Of a stretch of DNA of 64,000 nt, positions 12,927-23,617 are shown piece after piece. The notes under the pieces are model-generated. The model made no database searches, was not told the DNA's origin, and saw only the letters and a program-made list of their open reading frames with translations. How positions within the stretch are numbered: position 1 is the stretch's first letter; each line of letters starts with the position of its first letter. The position numbers and the translations under genes were made by a program. This DNA is from Mobula hypostoma (Eukaryota): assembly GCF_963921235.1 (NCBI RefSeq), contig NC_086106.1, forward strand, positions 21,514,001 through 21,578,000, given 5' to 3'.

Positions 12927-12994
12927 TTTTTTTGTTCGATTACCTTCCGTTGTGTGTCCCAATATCCACGGTGTTTCCAGTCAGGTTCAAATCG
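12927..12994 (-). other. NAR-TCR D segment (12955-12966, GATATTGGGACA) with 12/12 RSSs, cassette 1
   Basis: 3' RSS CACAACG-12-ACAAAAAAA; 5' RSS CACGGTG-12-TTCAAATCG (weak nonamer); same architecture in cassette 2. Confidence 0.8.
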
Positions 12995-13305
12995 CAGAAA
13001 AGTACTAGGCCAGAGATAAAGGCTTCCCATTTCCATTCGAGCTTCCATGCTATTGGAGCAAGGTCCCATCTGAAGTAAGGGATTGGGAAGGGGTAAAATC
13101 GTTCTCAGGTGCTGTTTGCTAGCCAGTTTTTGGGAAAGATGGTTTTATACTTGTAAATTCAGAAGAGATAAGATCTACATTATCAATACTGAACTCCGAG
13201 TCTCAATACAAATTATACTGTATGGAACGCGGGCGAAGTGCCTCGTGGAATTTTCAGCGGATTAACTCTGCTCCTTAAGCTTTAGATGGGATAACTTACA
13301 GCGCT

Positions 13306-13345
13306 TTTTTTTGTGTATGGCGGGAATCCCTTTTCCAGCTCTGTG
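13306..13345 (-). other. RSS of NAR-TCR V, cassette 1 (23-class, spacer reads 24)
   Basis: CACAGAG + 24 nt + ACAAAAAAA. Confidence 0.8.
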
Positions 13346-13633
13346 TATATTTATAGTTAACTTTGCAGAAATAGGTGGCGCTGTCCTTAACTACAAGATT
13401 CGTAATTTTCAGGGTAACTGTCATTTCTGCTTTATTTTCCGTTATAGTAAATCTTCCTCCTGTGTTGATACGTTTCCAGTCCGTTCCTTGTTGCGTTTGT
13501 TTGAAGAAATACCCATTTAAAAAATAAGTGTATGCCTGGTTATTAGTATCGAACTTGCATGTGATGGTGAGAGACTGGCATTCATTTTTCGTCACCTCTT
13601 TCGGGCTCTGGCTCACGGACTGGCAGAAGAAGT
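13346..13633 (-). CDS. NAR-TCR V (IgNAR-like V) exon, cassette 1; open frame
   Basis: Acceptor tttgcag|AC; HFFC-QSVSQSPKEVTKNECQSLTITCKFDTNNQAYTYFLNGYFFKQTQQGTDWKRINTGGRFTITENKAEMTVTLKITNLVVKDSATYFCKVNYKY; 63 aa between the canonical Cys, VNAR-like RINTGGRF without CDR2, extra FR1 Cys. Confidence 0.92.
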
Positions 13634-13781
13634 CTGCAAAATAAGAATATTGAGAAGCGAAGCAGAATTAGATGTGAAACACGCAAGCCGGCCAATACAA
13701 TGAGTTCATGCAATTCTGAATCTATTTGTTAAGTTTTATATTTAACTCACACGTTGCGGACAATTTGTGATAAGTACTCAC

Positions 13782-13824
13782 GGCGAAAGCAGAGAAACAG
13801 CGTGGCGTTCAAGAGAAAGTTCAT
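13782..13824 (-). CDS. Leader exon of NAR-TCR V, cassette 1
   Basis: ATG..MNFLLNATLFLCFR + C|gtgagt, phase 1, 148-nt intron, in frame with the V exon. Confidence 0.9.
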
Positions 13825-13849
13825 CGTTTACCCTCCGGGTATCAGATTG

Positions 13850-13943
13850 TTTATATGACGGAGAGCTAGAATGCTGTGGCAGGTTATCCTTCAGAACTGG
13901 GCAGAGGCAGCTCCTCCGAATGCCGTTCTAGAGGTATGCAGTT
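13850..13943 (-). promoter_or_regulatory. Putative NAR-TCR V promoter, cassette 1
   Basis: TATAAA at 13850-13855 abutting a CRE half-site (TGACG 13856-13860); weak octamer-like word at 13936-13943; positions conserved in cassettes 2 and 3. Confidence 0.55.
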
Positions 13944-15359
13944 GCAGCGCTCTTTCCGAATCACCTTTTGTGCGAGACCACGTCAGGTTTAAATAGCAAT
14001 CGCTGAGGTTTTATTTCCACTGAGGTTGTTTGCAAGCTCCTCCCTTACTGTCTTAACGCCAATGGGGGTAATCCCTCGGCCTTTTAATAAATGCGAAAAA
14101 GATGGGGGAGCTGTGAAAAGGAAATTAAATATTTTACAGTTCCAGGGTGAAAAGAAATCTCGTCAAGATAACCGTGAATGACACTAGGTTTGTCAAGATA
14201 TCAGCAGATAGTCTCCAGATGTCTCCAGCGATGGAGTCAAAGAGATTGAGAAAGGCGAGCAACGTGTCAGAAATGTAGCAAGTAATTTGTTGGCCGCTGT
14301 GGAAGATGGAGGCAAATTTGATGGATTTGACGATATCAGCAAGAGTACACCAGTGTAGTCGTCCATGTAGCATAGAAAGACTTGGTGGACGTTCGACCGT
14401 TACCAGTGTAGGCTAGGGACATGGACAGTTTTACGGTGGTGACGACAATAGAGGCAGAGCAGGGAAAGGGGGTGGGAAGAGGATGCGGGTTCACATGGCT
14501 TCAGTGGGTTTGTAGACTTAGGAGGAGTCGAAAGCAAAAAAACTGGTATATGTGAAAACAGCTCCTTAATGTTTTTCGGTTTTTCTGCTCTGTATTTGAG
14601 ATATAATCAATGCGATAAACAAAGATTGCAGTCTGTCTAATGTCAGCAAAATGTTTTGTCCATAAATACAGCAACATCTATTGCATTATCAACAAAGCCA
14701 ACTGTCAGTAAACTCACACAGCTGTGCCAAGTATGACAAGTAGTTTAACCAATGTACTTCTGTACTGGTTGGAATATATTGTCGGTCCTCCTTAATTACA
14801 AATCTTGCTCATGGACTGTGCGACACGGTATATAGCAGTCTTTATTTATTCAGTGTGTTTAGATAGTGCAGATTAAAATTGAGTATGCGGATGGATTTCC
14901 ATTTATATATCAAGAAATATTCAAGGAAGTCACGCGGAGTAGCGAAATGAAGCGAAACAGCCTCTCTTATTTTTTCTCTGATATTCTTATACTATTCTCA
15001 CAATATCACCCTCACTTTCACTATCAATCATCCTATCATTCTTCGTTCACGACAAGCCACTGCCGTGTTTTCAGCCATGGAAGCGGAATGAGTAACTATT
15101 CTCTTGAAGGCTGGAACAGGAACACTCGGCGAGACAGAAACTGTCGTGAGTATTTTTGTGATATCGATTGTAATCTTTTCGTGACGCCATCATTTCCTAA
15201 TATGAAGTCATTTCATAAGCTTGTTGGACAGTGTTTCATTCCCGTTCATCGCGCTACAAGATCCCTACCGGGTCCTAATGCAGAACAAGTTATTCAACGA
15301 TTTTCTAATCTTAATTTTTGAAAGATTAACAAATATGCGATGGAGCAAATGGCATTTGC

Positions 15360-15420
15360 ATATTATGTGTGTCTGTGAGTAGGTGTGCATGCATCTGTGT
15401 ATGTGTTTATATGTATGTGC
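15360..15420. repeat. Imperfect (TG/TA)n microsatellite upstream of the cassette
   Basis: Positional homologues at about 27875-27972 and 63960-64000. Confidence 0.7.
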
Positions 15421-15654
15421 AGCAGACTCTGGATGCCCGCTTTCAATAATATATACAGACATTAGGGAAACACGGACATGTTAAAACAATTTTTACGGCT
15501 GAAAGAAAGTGCACTCAATGAGATTCGGAAGCAGGTTCGCTTTCTTCTCGAATTATCCCAATAGTTTCCAGATGTGGCTCATATTTTTAACTGCTTCAGA
15601 GGCAAATGTAGATAAAGATTTCATAGAATACACGATATTTAAGTTTGATAACAC

Positions 15655-17465
15655 AGTAAGACCTTAAGACATAGGAACATGCTTCTACGCCATTAAATCA
15701 TGGCTGATCTTTTTTTTTTCTTCTTTTTTGCTTGCTCTGAACCTCATTTCCCGACCTTCGCCACGGAACCTTCCATTTAACGTCTAATCAAGAACCTATC
15801 AATGTCTGCATTGAGTGCAACATGCGACGTGCCTACACAGCTGCATGTGACAACACATTCCACAAATGTGCGCAGCCCTCCGGTGAATAAATTATATCGT
15901 ATCCGTTAAATAGGGGCCTTGGACAATTCTGATTTGATGGAGACGGACGTGAAAGCACAGAGGACCATCTGGAGAAATTTCTGAAAATCTCGTTCGCTGC
16001 TGTCGTTACTGCCCGGGCGGGAATCTTCCGGAGGAAAGGTCTCAAAATCTGTGGTTTTGCCTGATATTGGCGACGGAGAGTGGGGTCAAACTGCTCGGGT
16101 AGAGATGGCGCACAGTACTTGGTGTCCGAGAGCTGATTCGGAGACTCGAATTTTTCGGATGACTCAGAGACGGATTGTAGTCGGGCATGGCAGGGAGAGT
16201 TTGTCTTCCTTCTCCCGTCTGCGTAGGATGTGGGGCAATTGAGAGACTTTGAACTTTTTACTGTGCTCATGGACTTCTCATTAAGTAATGGTATTGTTGC
16301 ACTGATGTAACTATATGTTATAATTATGTGGTTTTGTCAGTTTTCTCAGTCTTGGTCTGTCCTGTGTTTTGTGATATCACACCGGAGGAAATATTGTATC
16401 ATTTCTTAATGCATGCATCATTAAATGACAATAGTTGAGGACTGCGTGTCTTCATAGTCTAAAAAAAAAACACCCTCAACGGACTGATATTTCTCGGAAT
16501 ATCGGTTCTGAATGGACGCCCCTCTATCCTGAGGCGATGCCCCCTTGTTCGGGATTCTCCCAGCATGGGAAATAACTTTTCCACATTTACTCTGCGTAGG
16601 GCTTTCAATATTAAAATAAAACGTTTACATAAGATATCACCTGATTTCTCTGAATTCCAGCGAGTACACAAACAGAGCCATCAAACATTCCTGGTTTGAT
16701 AACCCTTTCGTTCCTAGAATCTACAGGTTACCCATGTTGTCGAAGGGAAGGGGAGTAGGCCCGGTTTAGCTTAGCACCGGTGTCGTCGCAGAGCAATGTG
16801 TGATGAAGTGTCTTGCTCAAGGTCACAACACGCAGCCTCAGGTGAGGGTCGGGCTAAGGACTTTCTGATCACTAGACCGACACCTTAAATACTTGGCCAC
16901 GTACCAACACACTTTTGAAAGGACATTTGTTATCCCTATTGTAATCCGTAGACCACCTCCCAGCCATTGTTCTGACGCCTGTGTATAACTGCGATCAGGG
17001 TTCCTTGTTGTTTTGTAGCTTCTGATCTCCACCCACAAGGATTTAACATATTCCGATTATATGTCACAAATGTACAATGATTTGTATTGATATATTCTAC
17101 CCGTTTTCCTTCCATGCTTTCTGAACTATAAAGTGTAAATTAAACAGATGTTTTTTTTTCTCTGTAAAGCTGATGTAATTTCCGTTGCATACGTCAACTT
17201 GACCTGCGACGGATTTTTTTTTTTTTTTTTTAATCAGCTTAATGCCGTGGCCGTCCCACCCAGCTTTCGAATTTGTTGTTCTCTCTGCCTTTGTCTTTGG
17301 AAAATTGCAGTAGCAGATGTATATATTGTAATTGTTGAATCCACGATATCGGAGCCTGTGTTTCGACTGAGGGTTTCGCGGTCTACACAGGTATTAACAT
17401 AGGGGTGATCGCGTGGAATTGCTGAGTTACAGGCACTGAGTACATTCTCCCACTCCTCTTGTTTC
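15655..17465 (-). mobile_element. Old CR1 remnant shared with unit 2, internally deleted and interrupted by younger repeats
   Basis: Pieces 15655-15890, 16470-16720 and 16930-17465 match 28215-28660 and 30640-31210; interrupted by other repeats at about 15900-16470 and 16720-16850. Confidence 0.7.
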
Positions 17466-18990
17466 ATAGAACCATAGAACACCACAGAACATAAAACAGT
17501 TCATGCGGCCCTTCTAGTCTGTGCTGAAACATTATTCCGTTGGTCCCATGACCTGTATCCAGTCCACAACCCTCCAGACATTTCCCATCCATGTAGCTAT
17601 CGAATGTATTCTTCAAACGTAAGAGCGAGCCCGCATTTACCACGTCAGATGGCAGCTCGTTCCACACTCCCATCACTTCTCCCGAACGTCCCCCTCAACC
17701 TTTCCCCTTTCACCCTAAACACATGTCTTCTCGTATTTATCCATCCTAATCTAAATTGAAAGAATATTTTCACCTTTACTCTGTCGATATCCCTCATAAT
17801 TTTGTAAACCTCTATCAAATCTTCCCCCATTCTTCTGCACTCCAAAGAATAAAGCCCAACCAGTTCAGTCTTTCCCTGAAATTCAACTCCTGAAGACTAT
17901 GCTACATTCTAGTAAATCTTCTCTGCATATTTCAATCTTACAGATATTATTCCTATAATTAGGTGACCAGAACTGTACACAATACTCCAAATTTGGCCTC
18001 AGCAACGCCTTACACAACCTTCCCACAACATCCCAACTGATATATTCAATGCTTTTATTTATGAATGCCAGGATGCTAAAGGCCTCCTTTACAACCCTAT
18101 CTACCTGTAACCGCACTGTCAGGGAATTTTGTATCTGAACTTCCAGATCTCTGTGTTCCTCTGCACTACTCAGTGCCCTACCATTTAATGTGTATGTCCT
18201 ACCTTGATTTGTCCTTCCAAAATGTAACACCTCTCAATTGTCTGCATTAAATTCCATCTGCCACATTATGGCCCACCCCTGCAGTTTGTCAAGATCTATC
18301 TGCAAGCTTTGAAAGCCTTCCTCGTTGTCCATAACGTCTCCAATCTTAGTGTCATCAGCAAACTTGCTCGTCAAATTTACCACTTTATGATCTAGATCAT
18401 TGATATAGACAATAAACAACAATGGTCCCAGCACAGATGCTTGAGGCACAGCACTAGTCACAGGCCTCCAGTCTGATTTGCAATCATCCATTACACCTCT
18501 CTTCATCCACAGCCTTTACTTTGTCCACTTTCTTGGAAACCTCCTTGAAAAACTCTACCAGATTCCTGAAACACGATCTACCACGCACAAAGCCATGCCT
18601 ATTATTCTTAAATAACCCATGGCTGTCCGGTCTCTCAGAAGATCTTCCAATAATGTACCTACTACCGATGTCAGGCTCACCGGCCTGTAATTACCGGGTT
18701 TAATTTTGAGACCTTTGTTAAACAACGGAACAACATGAGCTACCCTCCAATACTGCGAGACCATACCTATGGCTAAGTACATTTAAAATATTTCTGCTAG
18801 GGCCCCATGCAATTTCATCAGTAGTTTTTCTCAAGGTCTGAGAAAATATCACATCAGGCCTGGAGGATTTATCTACCTTTATTCGCTCTAAGGCGGAAGC
18901 AACTCCTCCTCTTTAGTCTCTATATCTTTCATGACACTCTGCTTGTTTTCCTTCCTTCCATATGTGCTATGTCAGTTTCCTGAGTAAATA
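17465..18990 (-). mobile_element. CR1 LINE, 5'-truncated RT region and 3' tail
   Basis: KPGNYRPVSLTSVVG, SKFADDTKIG, RPNLEYCVQFWSP; catagaaccatagaac tail at about 17465. Confidence 0.9.
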
Positions 18991-19758
18991 CAAAGGGGAG
19001 AACACCTTCCCCGCGCAGCATTCTCAGCAGCACTGGTAAGGGCAGTGCAGCAATCTGAACCTGGCCCTGCTCCACAAATCCCACAAGAATGCCAAAAGAT
19101 TCGAAAGTCCAAGAGCTTTATACAGTCAATTAGGAGAGACTTTCCTGAAGTAGAGATTTTCTCGAGGGCACGACGTCACTGCCCATCCCAGTCGGATTCT
19201 GCCTTGTCTGCAGGATTCACGACGACGGAAACAAAGCGGTTTGAAGGCACTGACTTTTCCCTCTGGATACTAGATACGGCACAGCCTTTTCTGCTGCTTT
19301 TAGCAGAGGCTATCTGATGCAGATCACTCTTTCTTGAACGAATTCAATCATGGTCGATTCTCTCCAAAATCACCAAACGACCCTTCAGGGTCCCGTCTTC
19401 ACTCCCCTGTACTACTAAAAAGATACATCAACAAACCTGGCAGCAATTGGTTAAACGCCCGGCCAAACACTGTTGTCCTTACAAAAGGACGTACAACGCC
19501 GTTTTAAATCAGAACTGCGTCATAAGGCAAATATACAGCGGTGCGGAGTCTCTGGCTGTGGTTCTAACTGGAAAGCCAACTGCGTCACCCCTCGGGTCTC
19601 CTTTTATACCCGTGGTGAACATGTCATCACGTGACCTCCCATCGGCGGGGAAAAACTACATCAGGTGACCCCCAAAAGACCATTACATCATACTCATCAG
19701 CTACTCAATTACATCATCGTCGTAAGACAGTCACAAGATATCCACGCGGTTTGTAACA
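18990..19758 (-). mobile_element. LTR-like repeat related to 8450-9257
   Basis: Shared blocks aactgcgtcat, gaacatg..atcacgtgacctc and aagacagtcacaagat; the minus strand starts TGTTACA; boundaries approximate. Confidence 0.45.
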
Positions 19759-19984
19759 CCAGAGGCCCGTCTAAAGCCACGTGTAGCCCAAGTGGCCGTA
19801 CAAACAGTACGTGCCATTTAGCATGGTAAGCAAACCTGCCCATATATAGTATAATCCCACGACAAAACCGCTGTACTGCTCTGCAGCATTGCATTGCACA
19901 GGGGTACAAAAGCAGCAAAGCCAAGAAATTCCGTAATGGCGTTTTACATTTTAGCGTTGTTATTTTGATTTTACTCTGATCATA

Positions 19985-20380
19985 TGCCGATGATATGCCC
20001 TATTTACATGATTATTAAGGGGATGGACATGCTGGAGGCAGGAAGTATGGTCCTGCTGAGGGGTCAGACCAGAACCAGATGCCACAGTTTAAGCATAAGG
20101 GGTCGGCCATTTAGAACGGAGTTGAGGAAAAAGTTTTTTTTTTCACCCAGAGAGTGGCGGATATGTGGAATGCTCTGCCCCAAAAGGCGGTGGAGGCCAA
20201 GTCTCTGGATACTTTAAAGAAAGAGATGGATAGAGCTCTTAAAGATAGCGGAATCAAAGGTTATGGGTGTAAGGCGGGAACTGGATACTAATTGTGGATG
20301 GTCAGCCATGATCGCGTGAGTGGCGGTACTGGCTCGAGGGGCCGAATGGCCCACACTTGCACCTATTGTCTATTGTCTAT
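19985..20380 (+). mobile_element. CR1 3' fragment
   Basis: IIKGMDMLEAG..TRCHSLSIRGRPFRTE; (ctattgt)n tail. Confidence 0.85.
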
Positions 20381-21111
20381 TACTAATGGTAAGACTCCTG
20401 GCAGTGTAGAGAATCGGAGGGATCTTGGGGTCCGCCTCCGTAGGACTCTCAAAGCAGCTGCGCAGGTTGACTCTAAGGTTCAGATGCCATACCGTGTTTT
20501 GGCCTTCATCAACCGTGGAACTGAATTTAGGAGCAGAGAGATAATGTTCCACTTATATGGGACGCTGCTCAGACCCCACTTGGAGCACTGTGTCCAGTTC
20601 TGATCGACTCACTACAGGAAGAATGTATAAACCATAGTTACGATGTATTGGAGATTTGCTTGGATTGGAGAGCATGCCTTATGGAAGCAGATTGAGTGAA
20701 CCGGGCCTTTTCTCCTTGGAACGACGGAGGATGAGAGGTCTCCTGATAGAGGTGTATAAGATGATGAGAGACTTTGATCGTGTGGGTAGACAGATGGTTT
20801 TTCCCAGGGCTGAAATGGTTGCTACAAAAGGGCACATGTTTAAGGTGCCTGGGAGTAGGTACAGAGGAGACGTCAGAGGAAGTCTTTCCTACGCAGAGAG
20901 TGGTGAGTGCGTGAAATGGGCTGCCGGCAACGGTGTTGGAGGCTGATACAAAAGGGTCTTTTAAGATACTTTTGGATAGGTACGTGGAGCTTAGAAAAAG
21001 TAGAGGGCTATGTGTAACTCTTGTAATTTTACGGTAGATGCATGTTCGGCACAACTTTGAGGGCCGAAGAGCCTGTATTGTGCGGTAGGTTTTCTATGTT
21101 TGCATGTTTCT
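20380..21111 (+). mobile_element. CR1 3' portion at the same insertion site as the 1-2460 CR1
   Basis: RPHLEHCVQF; tail tttctatgtttgcatgtttct followed by the same flank (aa[c/t]gacgtgg..gtgaaag) as at 2461. Confidence 0.85.
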
Positions 21112-22136
21112 AATGACGTGGGTGTGAAAGTAGAGACAGTACATAAAGGTTGGTGGCATTGTGTACCGATTAGAAAGTTGTCCAATGATGCGACGGGTCA
21201 GAGAAAGGGTGGAGGTTTGGGTGGAGAAATGAAAAAAAAAAACGTTTCAAACGAAAAAGAAAGTGTGAAATTACGAACATTTGAAAATAGAACTTAACGA
21301 CTGATTACAATGTTACTTGAGGATTCTTAGGCGTCCACTGGTACAGAGGGATTTCGGCATCTGCGGCAGTGGATCCATTATTCCTGGCAATCAAGTTTAT
21401 CTGAGAAATATTATGTTGTGCTGTCCTTCATTGGACTGGATGTTGATTTTGGATGCCACGAATAGGTACTATACCTCTGCTGAGATCCAATGAGATATCA
21501 CTCAAAGAAGTGTATTATTTTCTGTCCTGCTCGTTATAGAGAGAATGTGTAATTCTCCGTTTACGGTGAATTTCCTGCAGATAACAGAAATAGAGATTTT
21601 TGTTTTTTTTTCAAACGGAGAATGGTGGGTGACTGGAAATCCATGCCGGAGATGATAGAAGAATAATGAAGATTTCTTTCAAAAATACTTTTTATATAGA
21701 TGTAATGTATACAATAAATTGAAGTTTATTGACTTTGTATGAGGGAATGTTTGGTTACGTAGTTCAGTTGTTCTAAATTAGTGGGAACCGCAACGTGTGA
21801 CGATGAGTCTGTAGTGTGTTGTTGCGTTTGATATTCTTTGTTTTATGTTCCATAAGATGTCGAACGGCAGATGACCCATCGTTTTATAATTCGCTACCTC
21901 CAGCAGTTTTAGTTTTATCATCATTTTGTTCTTTTTGTCAAGTTATGGAAATTTCATCATTTGTAAGTGTTTTTAAGCTATTTTGTGCAGGAATTGCGGG
22001 AACCCTGTGCTGGGTTTTGTAAATATGGGAATATTCATTCGCTGCTGACCTCCAAAAAAAAAGAACGACCATTTATACAATGACTCAGAGGAAGTTCCGC
22101 AAAGAGCACCCTGAGTTGCTCAAATACTCTGTGAAT

Positions 22137-22388
22137 AAAGGAAAGGTCCGTTGCATCCGGAGTTTCTCCGAGTGGTTGAAAATATCCGTCCAGGCCTCTC
22201 TGACTTAGTAGGGAACCGCATACAAAGCAAGTTACAGCAGTGGTTTGCCATTGCTTTCTGCCGGATGAGTTTCCAAAGAGATTACCAGCTCCTAAACCAG
22301 CACGGATGAAAAGCGTGCAGGACAGACGGCTGGATTCGAACTCGGGACCTTTCATCCCGATGTCCGACGCTGATGTCACTACGCCACC
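22137..22388 (-). mobile_element. tRNA-derived SINE, specific to unit 2
   Basis: A-box-like TGGCGTAGTGA (22386-22376) and B-box AGTTCGAATCC (22342-22332); absent at the homologous site in unit 1 (about 10105). Confidence 0.75.
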
Positions 22389-23217
22389 TGCAAAATATAT
22401 GGAACAATTACCTGTGTTTTGAATATTTATCGTTAGCATCTCATCACGCAATCTTCCCATGTCTTTCCTGTCAAATTACATACCTTGGAATGTGGAGGAT
22501 TGGGGTTCTGTAGTCATTAGTCATGCTCTACACCATATTAATATCATCTCAACATAATAAACCCGCTTCCTATGTTCCCAATAATCTGTGCATGATACAT
22601 TTCAGGAAAATGCATGGAATTGTTTTGAAATTATTCAAATAATCAGTCTGAACAGAAGATCTAAAAGAGATATTTCTATGGATGCATAATCTCGTAGAAA
22701 ATGAAAATGACAGACACTTTAAAAATTACGTTACAAATGGTGGGATATTCAGTTCATTTAGTCTAACATTTTAGTGTGTCTTATACCGCTGTTCGGTTCT
22801 GCGTTCGTGCGGCAACCTGACTTTAACACAGGCGTGTAATAATCTCCTCCCCTGCCTGTAAGTGACTAAATGATTTTTTTTTCCATTCATATTTCCCAGT
22901 CTGTTTTTTTTCTGCGTATCTCAATACAGTTGAGGTACATTAAAAACAAAAGTTCCTCGAGTCTCCAATCGTGGAGCGAATGCTCACCACAATATACCTG
23001 TTCCAGTCCGGCTGCCGGATGATACATTCGGAACCGAAAGACTCCGAAAATGTCTGCATGTAAATAGCACTTAAATTCCACCATTGACTGATGGCGCGAA
23101 AACTATCGAATGGACTTCAGCTGAAGATGAAGTATAAGGATTTGACGTTGCACCTGTTCGAACCTGAAACATTAGTGCAATATTCTCAGTCTTTTTACTT
23201 CGGTCTTGGAGCTCGCA

Positions 23218-23256
23218 TGTTTTTGTACAGCTCCTTTCGTCTTTTGAAACGCTGTG
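23218..23256 (-). other. Second (distal) 23-RSS behind supporting V, cassette 2
   Basis: CACAGCG + 23 nt + ACAAAAACA. Confidence 0.85.
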
Positions 23257-23272
23257 TAATCCACCACATTGA

Positions 23273-23311
23273 GGTTTTTGCGCATCTCGCTTCCTCCTGT
23301 CTATCACTGTG
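23273..23311 (-). other. 23-RSS of supporting TCRdelta V, cassette 2
   Basis: CACAGTG + 23 nt + GCAAAAACC. Confidence 0.95.
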
Positions 23312-23617
23312 CTCCTCGCCGACTTATGGCACATTGGTACAAAGCCGAGTCGCTTACTTGCAGTTTTGAGATCAGTAACTTGCTGATTTTCTGCTCACGA
23401 TCAAGAGAACTGAAGAAGTGTCTTTCGGTAGCATTTTCCTGATCCTGTTCTCCAGAAGTGTGGCCCTGGAGCAGAAGTTTTGGAGGCTTTGCTTTGAACT
23501 GCCGGAACCAGTGTACCGTATATGTACAAAATCCGAAATATTTGCAGCTTAATGTGACGTCGTCTTCAGAATTAGAAGATTGTAGAGGCGGACTCTGGGA
23601 CACCAGGGATAATGGAT
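23312..23617 (-). CDS. TRDV: Supporting TCRdelta V segment (leaderless), cassette 2; open frame
   Basis: Acceptor ccctcag|AT; (D)PLSLVSQSPPLQSSNSEDDVTLSCKYFGFCTYTVHWFRQFKAKPPKLLLQGHTSGEQDQENATERHFFSSLDREQKISKLLISKLQVSDSALYQCAISRRG; CDR1 Cys; 306 nt, same as cassette 1. Confidence 0.93.

Noticed and set aside
14134-14373. Same-frame ORF upstream of each leader (also 26550-26864 and 59238-59687) with an LRR-like word (ADIFTNL..L)
   Set aside because: By-eye codon comparison of copies 1 and 2 gives about 13 non-synonymous to 5 synonymous codon changes, close to neutral; starts and stops differ between copies; the similarity is explained by the segmental duplication
22320-22390. tRNA gene
   Set aside because: A/B boxes belong to a SINE head followed by SINE body; no cloverleaf or acceptor stem evident
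22887-23170. Acceptor-like tttcag followed by an ORF downstream of the supporting V, considered as a constant or extra exon
   Set aside because: Frame not conserved in unit 3, block deleted in unit 1, no Ig C-domain Cys/Trp pattern
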